A stretch of 49,051 bases of DNA from Balamuthia mandrillaris (taxonomy: Eukaryota). How positions within the stretch are numbered: the stretch's first letter is position 1; every line of letters starts with the position of its first letter. Position numbers and translations under genes: made by a program. A model generated the notes under the pieces. That model was not told the DNA's origin, made no database searches, and saw only the letters and a program-made list of their open reading frames with translations. The stretch covers positions 310,001 to 359,051 of the forward strand of contig JAVKOQ020000018.1 in the NCBI GenBank assembly GCA_031835245.2, read 5' to 3'. Of this stretch, positions 11,601-24,524 are shown piece after piece.

Positions 11601-14600
11601 TTTGTTGCGCCAATGCCTTAAGTAAGGTTTTGCCAACGCTGAGGGCTTTGTCAGGCTCTCCTTGTGCCCACAATATTTTTGCTTCTTCCAATTTCCAAGA
11701 AAGGTCAAGACTGCCTTGCTTTTGGTTCTGTTTCAACTGATTTGATTTCTTGGTTAATAACCAAATTGGTTGACCAGCATGAAAGAGAGAGGAACCTGGT
11801 AGATGGCATTCGATGCAACCTGGAAGCAATTCGAACTTCTCGCTAGAGCAGCGAAGGCTATGAAATGCTTGGGTAGATACTCCTCCCGTTCAAGAATTTT
11901 GAGTAGAACACCTCCCAAAGTCAAAAGGGGCTCTATCAAATCGAAACTGTTATGCATGAGAGACAGACGCTCTTTCCAGCCATCGGTAAGGCTTTGAATC
12001 TGCGATACACTCGGTACTGTTCGTTGGGGCAACCCTCCGCTGGACCTGTGGTCTAGTACTATGGCAAGATTGGCATTAAAATGGAAGAAAAGGAAAGAAG
12101 CAAGAAAGCAAACCTTTATGCAGACCTCCAGAAGGTACGACTGCGCCATCAGCGGGTATGGAAGGTGAGAACATCTGTGGCCCAAGTCGAAAAGTAGAGA
12201 TGGCCGATCCACCATCTGTATGCTCCAGTTGCGAAAGCTCTGCGATACCAGAAGGGGACACTGGTTGCTGGGTTAGTTGGATACCTGCATCAGGCTGCCA
12301 TCGTAGAAACCAAGCGTTTTCTATCTCGCTCAAGAACTGGAGCTTTGCCAACACGGGATAAACGCTTTTGGTGCTTTCCAGCGATGTTGAACCAATCGTT
12401 TTGACAAGCTCCAGCCTTGTTTTCTTTAGATTTTTCCAAAAGGCTGTTCTGTCTCCGTCGTTTAGCGCTTTCAAGCAGTTGTACGCTCCCATATGAAAGT
12501 GGGCACTCTTTTCCTGCACGCTTGCCGCGTTCCACAATAACGAAGCCACATGCGAATTGGCGGCCTCGCCAGAAATCGGAGAGGTTGACGCAGAGGACAA
12601 TGTATCATCAGAAAAGCTGACCATCGACTGTTTGACCCAGGGGTCGAGCTGCCATTTGCAACTTCGCCACGCAGACTCGTATTGAAACTCGGAAAGAGCG
12701 GGGAAAGCATGTGGATACTTTGTGGCAAAACCTGCCAAGTGTAATTCAGCCAAGTGATGATGGCCCAGATGCTCCAAGCTCGATATAAGACCTGTGTAAG
12801 CATTATGTCAATCGCTTAATCTATCAAACTTATGGGGAAGAGGATAACCTTGACTCAGAGCCAAATGTAATTGGCTATTGGAAGCATTTGGTGAAAGGTG
12901 TTGTAGCATCATATCATACGCGCCTACAGTTTTGTCCCACAGTCGCTCATGCTCGTATGTGCGTATGCGCGAATGAATGCTGAATTCCACGTTCAGCAAC
13001 AGAAACATCATGCAGAGAGCGGAGAGAGCAGAGAAAGGAGGACGAAAGCAACCTGTGATCTCTTTGTAGACCATAGATACCGTCAGGTTCGTTGATATTA
13101 CAATAAATTTCAAGCAGCAGTTGTTGGTGTAGCGGCACGCTTCCTTGTTCGTTGTCATAAATGGTCTGCTCGTTCCCTGTGTCATCATCAGGTGAGGACA
13201 ATTCAAGCGATCCAAATTTCCGTTCACACCATAACTCCACATAAAGGAGAGAGGTAAGATAGGCGGAGCACCTGCATGGTTCATTGTTGGTTTTTGTTAC
13301 CAATGCATCAGAAAAAGGTACCTCTGTGCCGCTCTTGCTATCTCCAAAAATGTGAAATCTTTCCAAAACGAATTTTTCCAAAAAGGCTGTCTTTCGTTGA
13401 TTACAGCCCTTGACGCTGCTTTGGAACGCGATCGGGAACTGCGTTGATTACCCGAGTAAGTTTTTGCACCCTCAGCTGCTTCGCTGTAAAATATGAATTG
13501 TTTTCTCAAAAAGTTGAGCGAACCCAGAATGAGTTGCATGGATTGCACGTTATGATTGTCCTCGGACAAAAGGTACTTGCGTATGCGTTCCGAAAGATAG
13601 AGATTGTACTGCTCTCTGCTGCTAGCTTTAGCCGCACTCTCTTTTCCAGATGAAGAGTTTGACGAAGATGACGAGGAAGACGCTGAATCGTGAAAGACGA
13701 TATGTAGAAGCAAGTAAGGGAACAAAAACTCGGCAAATTCAGGTTTTTTGAGGCACATGGGTCCACACAGGCGAAAGACCCTGTCTCGCGCAACAGTGGC
13801 GGTCAGTGAGTAGGTCAATCTGCAAACCCATCGGTCGTAGTTTTGGTTGGTGAGAAACCAAAGATCTTCGCTGCTCAACGATACTTCAGGAAGAGGGTCA
13901 GGGAAGAGAGGAACCTATAAGGCAATCTCGTGATTAGCGAGGGTTCAATGCAAGAACCTACCAACCCACCAAAACACATACGTCTTTCAAAGCCTTTGAA
14001 GACCGATACGGTTCAAGTTCGGCTTTGATATAGGTAGGGAGTACTTCCCAGGCTGCTTTTCCGGAACCCGTAGCGAGAATAGACTTTAGACAAAAGCTCG
14101 CAGTTCTCACAACAGAAACATCTGCATCGGTCAAGTATGAGTTCAAATATTCCAATATGCGCACCTAAAAGTTCGGGAAATTATGCCAGAGAAAAGAGTG
14201 AGAAGGGAGATAAGAAAAGTAGAAGAGAGGCAATTTAAAGGCAAAACTCATAACCTTAGCGTTGTGAAACTGCTCCTCATTGTAGACAGGTTCTTTTGCT
14301 TGAGTGTCATGACCGTGCCGATCGTTTTGCCCAGCAAAGGAAAAGGAAATAGCGTACGGATCCACAGCGCCAAGCTCCCCAAGACACTCTCCTGCCATTT
14401 GCCTCACAGTATCATCGCTTTGAGGCGCGCAGAGTTGTACCAGCTCCCAAATAAGGCGGGCAATCTAGTTAGTGTAAGTGAGTATTGGTGATTAGCTAAT
14501 CTGCCGTATCCGTTTTAAAAAAACACTTTTAATGATAATTTGTACCAGGTTGCGATTGTCGAGCTCATAGGTTTCAGCAAGGATGGCTCCTTCTCCTTGG

Positions 14601-14985
14601 TATCCCAATGAGCGGTTTGACAAAATCTCTGGTCCGTTACCCACCGCTTGCGATAGGGTATACATGCGAGGGGTGGCTTGCGCTTCCTTAAGAAGGTAGT
14701 TGAGGGTTGCTTCCGAGTTTTTAAGTTGCTTCTTGAGATGACTTAGAGCTGCCAACTTGGTGGGTACAGACACCGAGCTTGGTGAGACTACGCTGCCGTG
14801 ATTCAGAGAAGGGGAGGAACTGGGCGTATATGGTAGCGTCTGGCTGGAAAGACTGGAGGTTGCATTCATCTTGTTTCCAGTAGTTGAACCCTTCCATACA
14901 TTCAAAAATCGCGCTATTTCCTCCACCAGATCTGTGTTGCCTCGCAGCCTGAACGAATGAAACATTAGCAGACCAAAGTAACAGC

Positions 14986-15016
<31 letters not shown>

Positions 15017-15023
15017 CAGAGAA

Positions 15024-15054
<31 letters not shown>

Positions 15055-18000
15055 GAGAGAGAGGCAGAGGTAAAACTTACTTGTAGTAGATTATGTTCAA
15101 AGGAGCAAACGCTCTGGTCTCGGGAAATGGATCCAGCGCCCGAATGGCGTCGCTGAGTTCGTCACCCTCCCCTTCTTTTAGCAGCCCCTCTGAGTCTTGA
15201 GGGGCTGAGATTAGAAAGGAAAGTGTAGACAAGACCTCTTGCTTGAGCTTGGCTTTGATATCCCTTGATCTTTTCATTGAGATACTGTCGGGTACTGAGG
15301 TGGGTGAAGAGTGAACTAAATGGATGAGAGCTGTAACGATTCCCTTCAAGTGTCCCGTCAGCCAGGATGGGGAGTGTCCAAGGGCGAGTGCCTATTTTTG
15401 GTGGTTCTGAATATTAGACTGTTGAAGGGATGAAGAGAACACCAAGGAGAGTCCCCACCAGAGTATTACGGAGAAGTTTACAAGCATCAATATGAAGCTC
15501 TGATAGAAGCTCAGAGGACAGGACGCGCAAAAGCGTGTGGATGACATCCCTAAGAATGGACGGACGGCAAATTTCTGCTCCAAGCAGCTGTATCACATAT
15601 TGAAGTTCGCCAAAGATGCGCTTCTTTTCCTATTGTTTTGCAAAACAATACTTTGGTTAGCAAGCAAGACATCATTACCATGGCGGGGATCACAAACGTT
15701 GCTTCGGTGGGAATAAGCCAGCTGTTCGTTCAAGTGCAGCAATATTTTCTGCACACGATCTGCTGTTTTAAAGAAGAGTTCCACAGCGGTAAGCTTGTAT
15801 CCGTTGGCGAGGTGGTCGAAGACCGCAGAAATAGTTTTTTCTGAGTATAGAGGAGGACGTATGTAAAAGTTCTGGCCATGCGCACCAGCAGCACTCTCAC
15901 CATTTTCTTGTAGTCCTTCTTCTTGGCCTCGAGCACTTCCGTGTGGTTCCGGCCATCGAATGAGGTCCAGCAGGTGAATGATGATGTCGTCTAGGCGAAC
16001 AGGTATGAGGGCGTTCATTTGCTCTGGACTGACGAATTCCTCCATGAACTGCTCACAAATCCGTACGCCTAGATCTTTGTAGCTTTCTTCTTCATGGTCC
16101 GCTTTTTCGTGGCTGTCCGTTTTGCATGCCCTCTTTCCCTTGGCATAGTAAAGCGGAAACGTGTGTGCAAATATAGCTGCGAAGTGCTCTTTGACCAACG
16201 TTTGAAGGTATTCAGCGCTTGATTCTTTGTCGGCGTTGTGGCCAGTTGTATCCGCAGTGTCACGGCATAGCAATGAAGCAACAAATAGCATATTGTCCTT
16301 GTCCATCAGGAACACAAGCTTGGGGAGCAGAAGGCCTACATATTGCTTCAGAAATTCAACGAGGTTGACACTGCCACAAAGGTCGATCGGGAAGGATTGC
16401 AACTTGAGTTTCTTGGATACCCACTGCCCCAGAAGAAAGCTGAGATGGTCCTCTACAAAAGCCTTTGAAGAGAGATATCCCAACCGACTAGCCATGCTAT
16501 CAATAACAAATGAGATCAAGCTTTGCATGCGAGTAGTATAGCCTCCTGTGAAGGAAGACTGTTACAACAAAAATATACAGAGGATATGAAATAAATACGA
16601 AGATACCATGTTCGGTTGCTGCGGTCTTGGACGCCAATTTACAAAGTTCCAACAGTATCTTCTCTTCGTTGACGGAAGGGACACAAGCAATTTCACCCAA
16701 TGTCAAAAGGGCTGTTACTTTCTCTTCTTCTGATTTATCTATAGAAGAACACGGGTAGGGTTAGAGAGAAACAAAACTGTAAACAGGGAAAGCTTTCACC
16801 TTGATCAGAGGGAATGGGCAAAAGTAAACGGCTAATATCATGGTAGATTTGCCTTTGGTCTGAAAATAGATCAAAGAAGATGGTAATAGCAGAGCTCATG
16901 TACTTTCGTAGACGGTAGTTGGGGTCCGACAAAAGTTTAAGGAAGATTTCGGGAAGTACGCTGAACCATTCCTCCACAAAAAGCTTATCCTCTCCATCCA
17001 TAAAGGCAACCCAAGATATGTCAACAGGAAGAAAGGCCCTCACACATTTAGCAAAAGTAATTCGAGTACTCCAGTGGAGCTGCTTTGATTTCCATAACTG
17101 GTCGAATATGTTGAGCTGCGCGACACATATTTTCAATAGGTACTCTCTCTCTTTGCAATTATCTTCTTGTAATTGCTTTAAGTGAATTTCATCCTCCCGT
17201 GCGGGTTTGTCTTCAGCCTGCAGGGGGAAGGTTAAGAAATAAGTTTAACACACATAACACAAAAAGTTACTTACACGTGGAGGCTGCATGTGAAGCATTA
17301 GAAGATTTTGTTTCTCATCTACAAAGGAGGCTACTGCTTGGAGTATCCGCAAAATGCCTTTCCGTGCCAATTCTGTGCCTGATATTTCTGGTACCACCAA
17401 GAGCTCATTTGTGCCTTCTAAGATGGTGCGGACAAGCTGCAAGTTTGCTGAAGCTGCAGTGGCTTTGGCGATCTCGATAGACGTCTGCGTTGGGGATGAT
17501 GAAAAAGGAGCGTTGGGTTCCGGTTGTGGTTCAATTGGTGTCGTGTATTCCAAGAAGCTAAGGAGGCTGAGGTGATGGAATATCTCAAACTTGATGTTAA
17601 CGTTGCTAGACACGCGCAAGACATCTCGAAGAACACTGGCCACTCTCTCAGATTCATCAACAAGATTATGGTCGTCACGCGCGTGCTGTACTTGCTCTGT
17701 GGTGCGTTGTCCATTTTTCTCTTTGGATGCTATTGTACCAGCAATAAAACAGCACAAGAAGATGCACTCATCACAAAAGCCCGTTGTTGGCCAAGCTGGA
17801 ACCGGTACGTTTTCTGATAAGAGACAAGAGTTTTTAGATTGTTAAGGCAGCCACTCCTGGCTATTGAATAATTTGTAACTTACTGCTATCCTTACTGGCG
17901 ACATCATCCATCGGCTCAGTTTCGTGCTCAGGGTTGCGAGCATGCAAACCAGCTTCATGGTCCTTCGTTGGGGGTGACGGCATCTCCATTAAATCCAAAT

Positions 18001-21000
18001 CATTCGTTATGTCAGTAGATACGGAAGTAGTTGAGGGACCAAGTTGGTGAGACGCGACATGGGATCCCTGCGGAGGCAGGAAATAGGTGTGAGGGTTGTG
18101 ATTGCGCCGAGAGGGAGAAGAAGCGATGTAGTTGCGCAGATACTGGAGCACGAAGTTGATAATGGGAGCAAAAGGAGACGAAAAAGTTGCCTCCGGTGTG
18201 GCCTCGCTCTCCTCCTCCTCCTCCTCCTCCTCTAAAGCCATGGCCTCCACCGAATCTAACTCGAGCTTTTCTTTGCCTTTCTTCACACCAAGCTTTTGTT
18301 TACCGTGGTGTATGTACAGCATTACGTAGTGGAGAGGAAGGTAGGATAGCGCTATATCTTGTATACCGAGAAGAATCCTACGTAGCTTTTCCACTTGAGC
18401 GGCCAAATGTCTTGCATGTTCACTGACAAAAGCGAGCATTTTCGTGAAATCGAACTGTATAAGGGAATAAAGCTTCTCTGGGGCTTCTTCATGTGCATTA
18501 TGATCAAAAGTGGGGGCAGGGCTGTCATTGCTCTGAAAAACAGCCGCAAACAAGGAAAGAATCGTGCGGCAATGGCTCAACATTTCTAGGAGAAGCGCTT
18601 CAAGCCTATTTTTCTCCACCCCTAGTGATCAACGTCAGTATTTATAACAGCAAACAATACTAACACCTACCAAGAGTCTTCCTTTTTCTGGAGCTATATA
18701 CAAGCAAGCTTTCGCCCACACGCAATAGTTCTCTGGTCCGCGAGTGCAGAAAATCCAAGCATTTGTTCTGGAGCCGCACGGTAGAGGAAAGGGGTATCTG
18801 GTTCTTGCCGAGGTGTGATTTGGCAACAGAAGCACATTTATTATTGTACCTCGCCAGGGTTCGAGATGAGCTTATCTCTTGGAGGCGCAACTCCATGACT
18901 TCGAGCTGGGTTTCTAGAAAAGAATGAGTGCTTAGCCTTATTTCTTCACCGGGGTAACGATCCACAATCGTATAAAGGAAAGAGTTTTTGAGCAACGAAT
19001 CGAAGAATGGGTCGTCTGTTTTTCTAGCCTCTTGATTTCGATCACAGCTGCTTACTTTCTTTGGTGGGCCCGATCTAATCAATGCCAATAGGGCAGTAGC
19101 AACAAGGTTGTGGTGATCAGTAGACGGGTTCTGAAAAGTGGTATGCTTGCGTGTTATTGCTGGAGAGGAATTCAGCAACGATTGTTGGGAAGAAGATTGA
19201 AATTGGCCGCTAAAGTCACTCAAGGAAGTCATAATCCACTCCAACAATTTTTCGCGTCGGCTTAAATGTCTTCTATCTGTAACAAATGTTGTTAATGCCG
19301 ATTACGACGGCTACGAGGAAATGAATTGCAAAACAGAAGATTCTGACCTTTACTATCAGTAGGAACACCTGTAAAGGTGTTCATTTCATCTCTTATTTCA
19401 TGCTTCCGTATGAAAGTAATAAGAAACTTGAGCGCGGCCTTAGTGCACCGGCTCTTATCTTGAAACAGGTTGAGTTTCCACAAGGCGTTTTGAGACTGAG
19501 CGATCACTTTAGCATCCAACAACTCATTCGCAATAATTGCCTTCAACAGCGATAATGCTAACTCTGTGTTGGTATGAGAATAGAAGACAAGCTTCCCCAA
19601 TATCAAATTCCAGATAGCCTGCACGGAGCAACCAAATAAATAAACAAAATAGCGACCGAGAATAAACTTTTGGGACACTACCTGCCACCTCCGAGCCAGT
19701 TGTACTCTTTCCAGTATTTCTTGTTGAGAATCCTTCTTGGTGAGACTAGCTGAACTGGAAGAAATACTGTCGCGTTTACCAGAGCTTTGCGCACTTGCAG
19801 AGTGTTCTGCGTCTTCATCATCAGATCCAAGAAGAGGAACAGCGGATCCAGCTAAAATGTATGGGGTAAATATTAGAATATTCAAGCAGGGATGAGACAT
19901 GATCAGACAAATGGCCTACCAGCAAAACTAAGGGCGGTGGAAGTAGAAGCAGATGAAATGCGGTCGACAGGAACGCCGTTGGAAATCCGAGCTAGAGAAT
20001 ACAAGCACCTCACAGCCCAGCTCTCTAACTCAGGTCTTTCAGTTACCTCGCGATACGCCAATATTTGGGATAGTAGGTCTATACAATGTGAGTAATGCTT
20101 GGTGGGCAACCAGTTGGGATGGGCTTGAATGAGGTTATGGAATAACTGGAGCCAGAGCAGCAAACTATTGCTTTGTGATGATAGGTTTTCTAATGCGCTT
20201 GTGTAAGCAAAGAGAAACTAAAAGCAGTGGGCAGCTACCTGATGGCACGGCGGCTTCACTTGCTATTCCGCCTTGAAAGCTGGAAGATGCTCCACTTATG
20301 GAAAGTGAGTTGCATAGCATCTCATAGACGTTCATGAATCTCCTTTTCTTGTTACTGGCGGATGCTAGGCCTAGCGAACCGCTAAGTTCTTTACGTTTAC
20401 CAAAGCTGTCTTGCTTCCATGCCTGTTCAAGTTTTGCAGCGCTCTCATGTTTTGAGGAAGAGGACCCAGAGGACATGGAGTCCAGGGACTGATTCAAGGA
20501 AGAAGACAGTAACGTTTGGTAATGTGACAACTGGACTAATACATCCGCTGCTAGCTGAAGAAAAGATTTGCTTCTAGGTTCCTGAAAAGATCGAAATCTA
20601 AGCACTATGTTTGTTTGAGAAGATGAAGCATACTTACTAAGAACAGCGGGTTATCCTCGTTTTTCGACCTTAGAGCTTGTCGCATTCGGGTGGTACTTGA
20701 AAGAGTAAACTGCCCAGTGCTTCGCTCCATGATCTGTTGAATCGCCTCGAATAAAGCACATAATCGGTCATACTCCTCCGTATACTCTGCTTGGCTTTCA
20801 TCCATGGCAAGTACCTCACCAGTAAACGTCTTATTAAGGTGAAGTTGCAATCGGAAGAAGAAAATGAGTTGATCTTTCATCTGGTCGTCTCTCGTCTGCT
20901 TCAGTCTGTGTGTAAAGGAATGATAAAGTTGTTTTCCAATCTCTCTTACCTGGGGAAGGATGTACGATTGTGAGTTGATTATAGTTTAAGGCCCAAGAAA

Positions 21001-22086
21001 GAAAAAAAAACGTACAGATTGTCCCATATCTACTGCACAGGATTGCAAAAACCAATTAAGGGCAGAAATAACGTAAACCAGTGCCTTGGAATCTTTGGTT
21101 GGAGTTCCTAAGTACTCGATGAAAAAAGGTTGTACTGTGGTAAATAAAGAATTGAGTTCGGTTGGGTAGTGAGAAACCAGGCAGTGAAAGGTCTTTGCAT
21201 AGAGAGCTTTGTCAGTTTGTGTCTTATCCCCTAACAAAGCAGTAGAGTACCGCTCCACTATGGCTGAAAGCATACGAACCAACGGCGTTAGAAACTTGAC
21301 TTGATACAGAAGATAAAAACAAACTCACCTCTCCAAAAAGAAGAGCCAAACAAATAGCAGTAAGCAGGTACAACCAGTAGATATTCACATAAAAGATGGC
21401 TGTACTCTGCGCTGAAAGTGGTGAAGCTCAGTTGTGGAGCGCAAAGCACCTCCTTTACATGAAGAGCGATATCTTTAGCACAACGAAACAACCTCGGCCC
21501 TCCTACAGTTGCAAGTGGTGAGAAAGCGAAAAGCAAGCAATAAAGAAGGACCTACGTTGTTCAGCAAGTTTTACTACACTACGAAGAGCCCCCACAGTTT
21601 CCTTCCGTACAGATAGTGCTTTCTTGCGCTTGACAGTGAGCGCGTGCTGAAGTTCGTTGCTGATCATTGACAATACACTTTTTACTACTTTGTCCCAGGT
21701 AAGCAGTCCTATGAAACAAAAGAAAACCAGTTGAAGAAGCAAGTAGCAAAGAAGCCGCATTTCAGGAGAGCAGAATGTGTGGGTGGGTTATACCTAGCGC
21801 GGCATCTGGGTTTATTTGGTTGATGTCAGCAACGGTATTGTGGTCGATTTGGAGGTTAACTTTTTCGATGGTCAGCAACGTCATGAGTTGCCCAAATGCT
21901 TCCTATTGCGCAAACAACGTCCCACAACAAACAAGAACATTTGTCAGAGTTCAACGGAACAACGTCGCACAACATACAAAAAAAAAAGTAGCGGCAACAA
22001 ACCATCCGTTCCTTGACCTTCTGCGCAGTGCTCACAATTACACAATTCTCCTTCACTTCCAGCAAGAAACTTGAAGACGCCATCAT
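8682..22086 (-). CDS. ATM: Serine/threonine-protein kinase ATM/Tel1 (PIKK family), multi-exon
   Basis: C-terminal exons: [82 protein letters not shown], and FATC LSVEGQVKQLIAEARDPNRLCEMFPGWAPWL*. FAT-region motifs include LEIARAAQRC and FRLCSLWF. The N-terminus has TAN-like KVKERM. Minus-strand exons run continuously over 13.4 kb; the start codon is less certain. Confidence 0.95.
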
Positions 22087-22341
22087 CTATGTAAACAGTC
22101 GGATCGGGTAGTCACAAGGTAGTCCTTCGTTCTAGCAAGCACAAGCCGTAAGATCGTTTTTACTGCACCACTGCCACCCCGTGGGCTACGGTTTTTCTTC
22201 TTTCAAACGAAATGAGTGCGAAAATGAATTCTTGGAAATTTTTGATTCATTTTCGCGTCGTCATGAACAACTCACAACAAAGAAAGAAGAAAGTGGTGGT
22301 GCGGCACAAGGCCCTCCTCCCGAGTTTTTTTAAATAGAAGA

Positions 22342-23182
22342 ATGGCTACGCCCCACGCCGCGCAGCAAAAGAAGGGCGTCATGCGTGACACCAATCCCCC
22401 GTTAACACTGAAAGGTACCTTCGTTGTGCTGATTTTTTTTAATCTCTTAGCTGGGGGCGCTAATTCTCTAGCACCATGCATCAGTGATGCGGCTGTCCAA
22501 ACCCAAGTTCCAGCCTCGACCGGACGTTTTGGTGGAACCAGAGGAGGAGCCAACACACTCGGTCCTTGCGAAGCAACTGCAACCCAAACAAGATCCCTCC
22601 TCTCAACTGGATGCTGAAAACGCGTTTGGCCTCTCCGACCTCATATTTTTGCCTCGTAGTTTTGGGTAAGAGCCTCATTGCTTTGCTTCAATTCCAACAA
22701 ACTTAAACCGTTGTTGGGGGAAAAACCCAAAAAGGATGATCTACGTAGGACAACCCTTCTGCTGCTACCTCAGTCTGTTGAACCACAGTGATCAGGACGT
22801 CAGTAATGTCAGTATGAAAGTGGACCTTCAGACCAGACAACAAGAACGCAAGAACTTGTTGGACCTTAGCCATCACCCCATTTCTGCCTTTCCTCCAGGG
22901 CAGAGCGCCGACTTTGTGGTACGGAGAGAGCTTACCGAAGCCACTGATCACTAGTAAGAACCTGCTTTTTTCCTCTGTTGGTTTTTTGAACCAGTATGAT
23001 CTTAACTTTTCATCAACAGTCTTGTGTGCACCACCAGCTATCTGGAAGGCGCCGAACGGCGATCGTTCAAAAAGTTGTTCAAGTTTTCCGTCTCCGAGCC
23101 ATTTGAAATAGAACATAAGGTTTTGCCTTTCATCCAGGTAATCGTTGTTGCTCTGCTCTTCAACTTTCCAAGTGCGAGAGCA

Positions 23183-23229
<47 letters not shown>

Positions 23230-23403
23230 TGCAGCAAAATCTGAATGCTTGTGTGCATGTATAGGGCGAATCTCTATTAGTGGAAATACAGATAAAGAAC
23301 ATGGTACAAAATCCTGTTGTATTATCATCCGTAGCTTTTCTGCCTGCTTCAAAGAAAGCCAAAATGACTGATTTAAATACTATGTCTTCGCTTTCAAGGT
23401 GCA

Positions 23404-23444
<41 letters not shown>

Positions 23445-24358
23445 GCTCTCCCTTCCCCTTTCACTCTCCCTCGTCCACGTAATTAATGGAATAATGGCCA
23501 CCAGCACTCCGAAGGTGTTGTGTGTAGGAGGTATTAGGAACTATCTGTACAAAATAGAATCCAGAAAAACAAGAAAAAAGCGACGCGATTCTTCTGTTGG
23601 AGAAGGCGCAGAAGTCAGAGAGGAAGGCGATAGTGACAGCACTATCGATGAAAAAGAATTAGCTGTTGAGGAAAGCCCCATATTTGCATCTCCTACCGCT
23701 AAATCTAGCTCAGCGCAAGATACACAGCATCTACTTGGCACGTTCCACATTCACTGGCGGACTACAATGGGAGAGAGTGCCGTTAAACTTCATCAAGTTT
23801 ATTATTTGGTGAGCATCACTCCCGTCTGCTCTTCATTGTGCACCCAATCCACTTCTAATCTGCTACTTCAAACATTCTGTAGCCACCAAAAAGGAGGAGT
23901 GTTAATCTGGAGTTTGTTTCTTTGCCATCAGAGATTGTTCTAGAACAGACATTTACGGCACTTTGCAAGCTTACCAATCAAACCAACCGTACCATAGAAC
24001 CTGTGCTAAAGCTTGCCAAATCTGAGGCCACTGGTATCATTACCACTGCGATTTCAGGAATGGTCAGTATCTTACAAATGTCCTGCTGGGTAGTGGCTAC
24101 CTGTTATTCTGACACCTAATTGTACAGCAACTGCCAACGCTACCCGCTTACAGCAGCGTTACAGTGCAACTGCGATTCTTCCCGCTCCTCCCAGGCATAC
24201 AACAGCTTGGTGGCATCAGTCTAATGGATGGTCTCACGGGTCGCTCCTATGACTTTGATCCTGTTGACGTGCTAGTTTCCCCTTCTGCTGCCCTCTCTGC
24301 CCCCAACAAAGCACAAATCTCATTTTCTCCTTCTTCTGCCCCATCGCTGCTTGAGTGA
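22342..24358 (+). CDS. TRAPPC13: Trafficking protein particle complex subunit 13
   Basis: Spliced translation PLTLKVMRLSKPKF...LIFLPRSFGMIYVGQPFCCYLSLLN...ILVCTTSY...RSFKKLFKFSVSEPFEI...LGTFHIHWRTTMGE...PLLPGIQQLGGISLMD matches the TRAPPC13 pattern. Confidence 0.88.
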
Positions 24359-24524
24359 TTGGGATACTCTTCTTAGTAAGGTTAACAACGGCAGTCATAA
24401 GATATGACCCGAATAGAAACAACGAATTAGTCTTTTGGGTTGCTTTGCGCCGCCTTAGCCTATAACTGTTATAAATAATTACAAAATAAAAAAAGAGAGC
24501 AAAGGGGATGCCGTTGATCCCACA

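Noticed and set aside
22703..23464. 253-aa antisense ORF inside TRAPPC13
   Set aside because: It runs through intronic microsatellites and has no protein-like signature.
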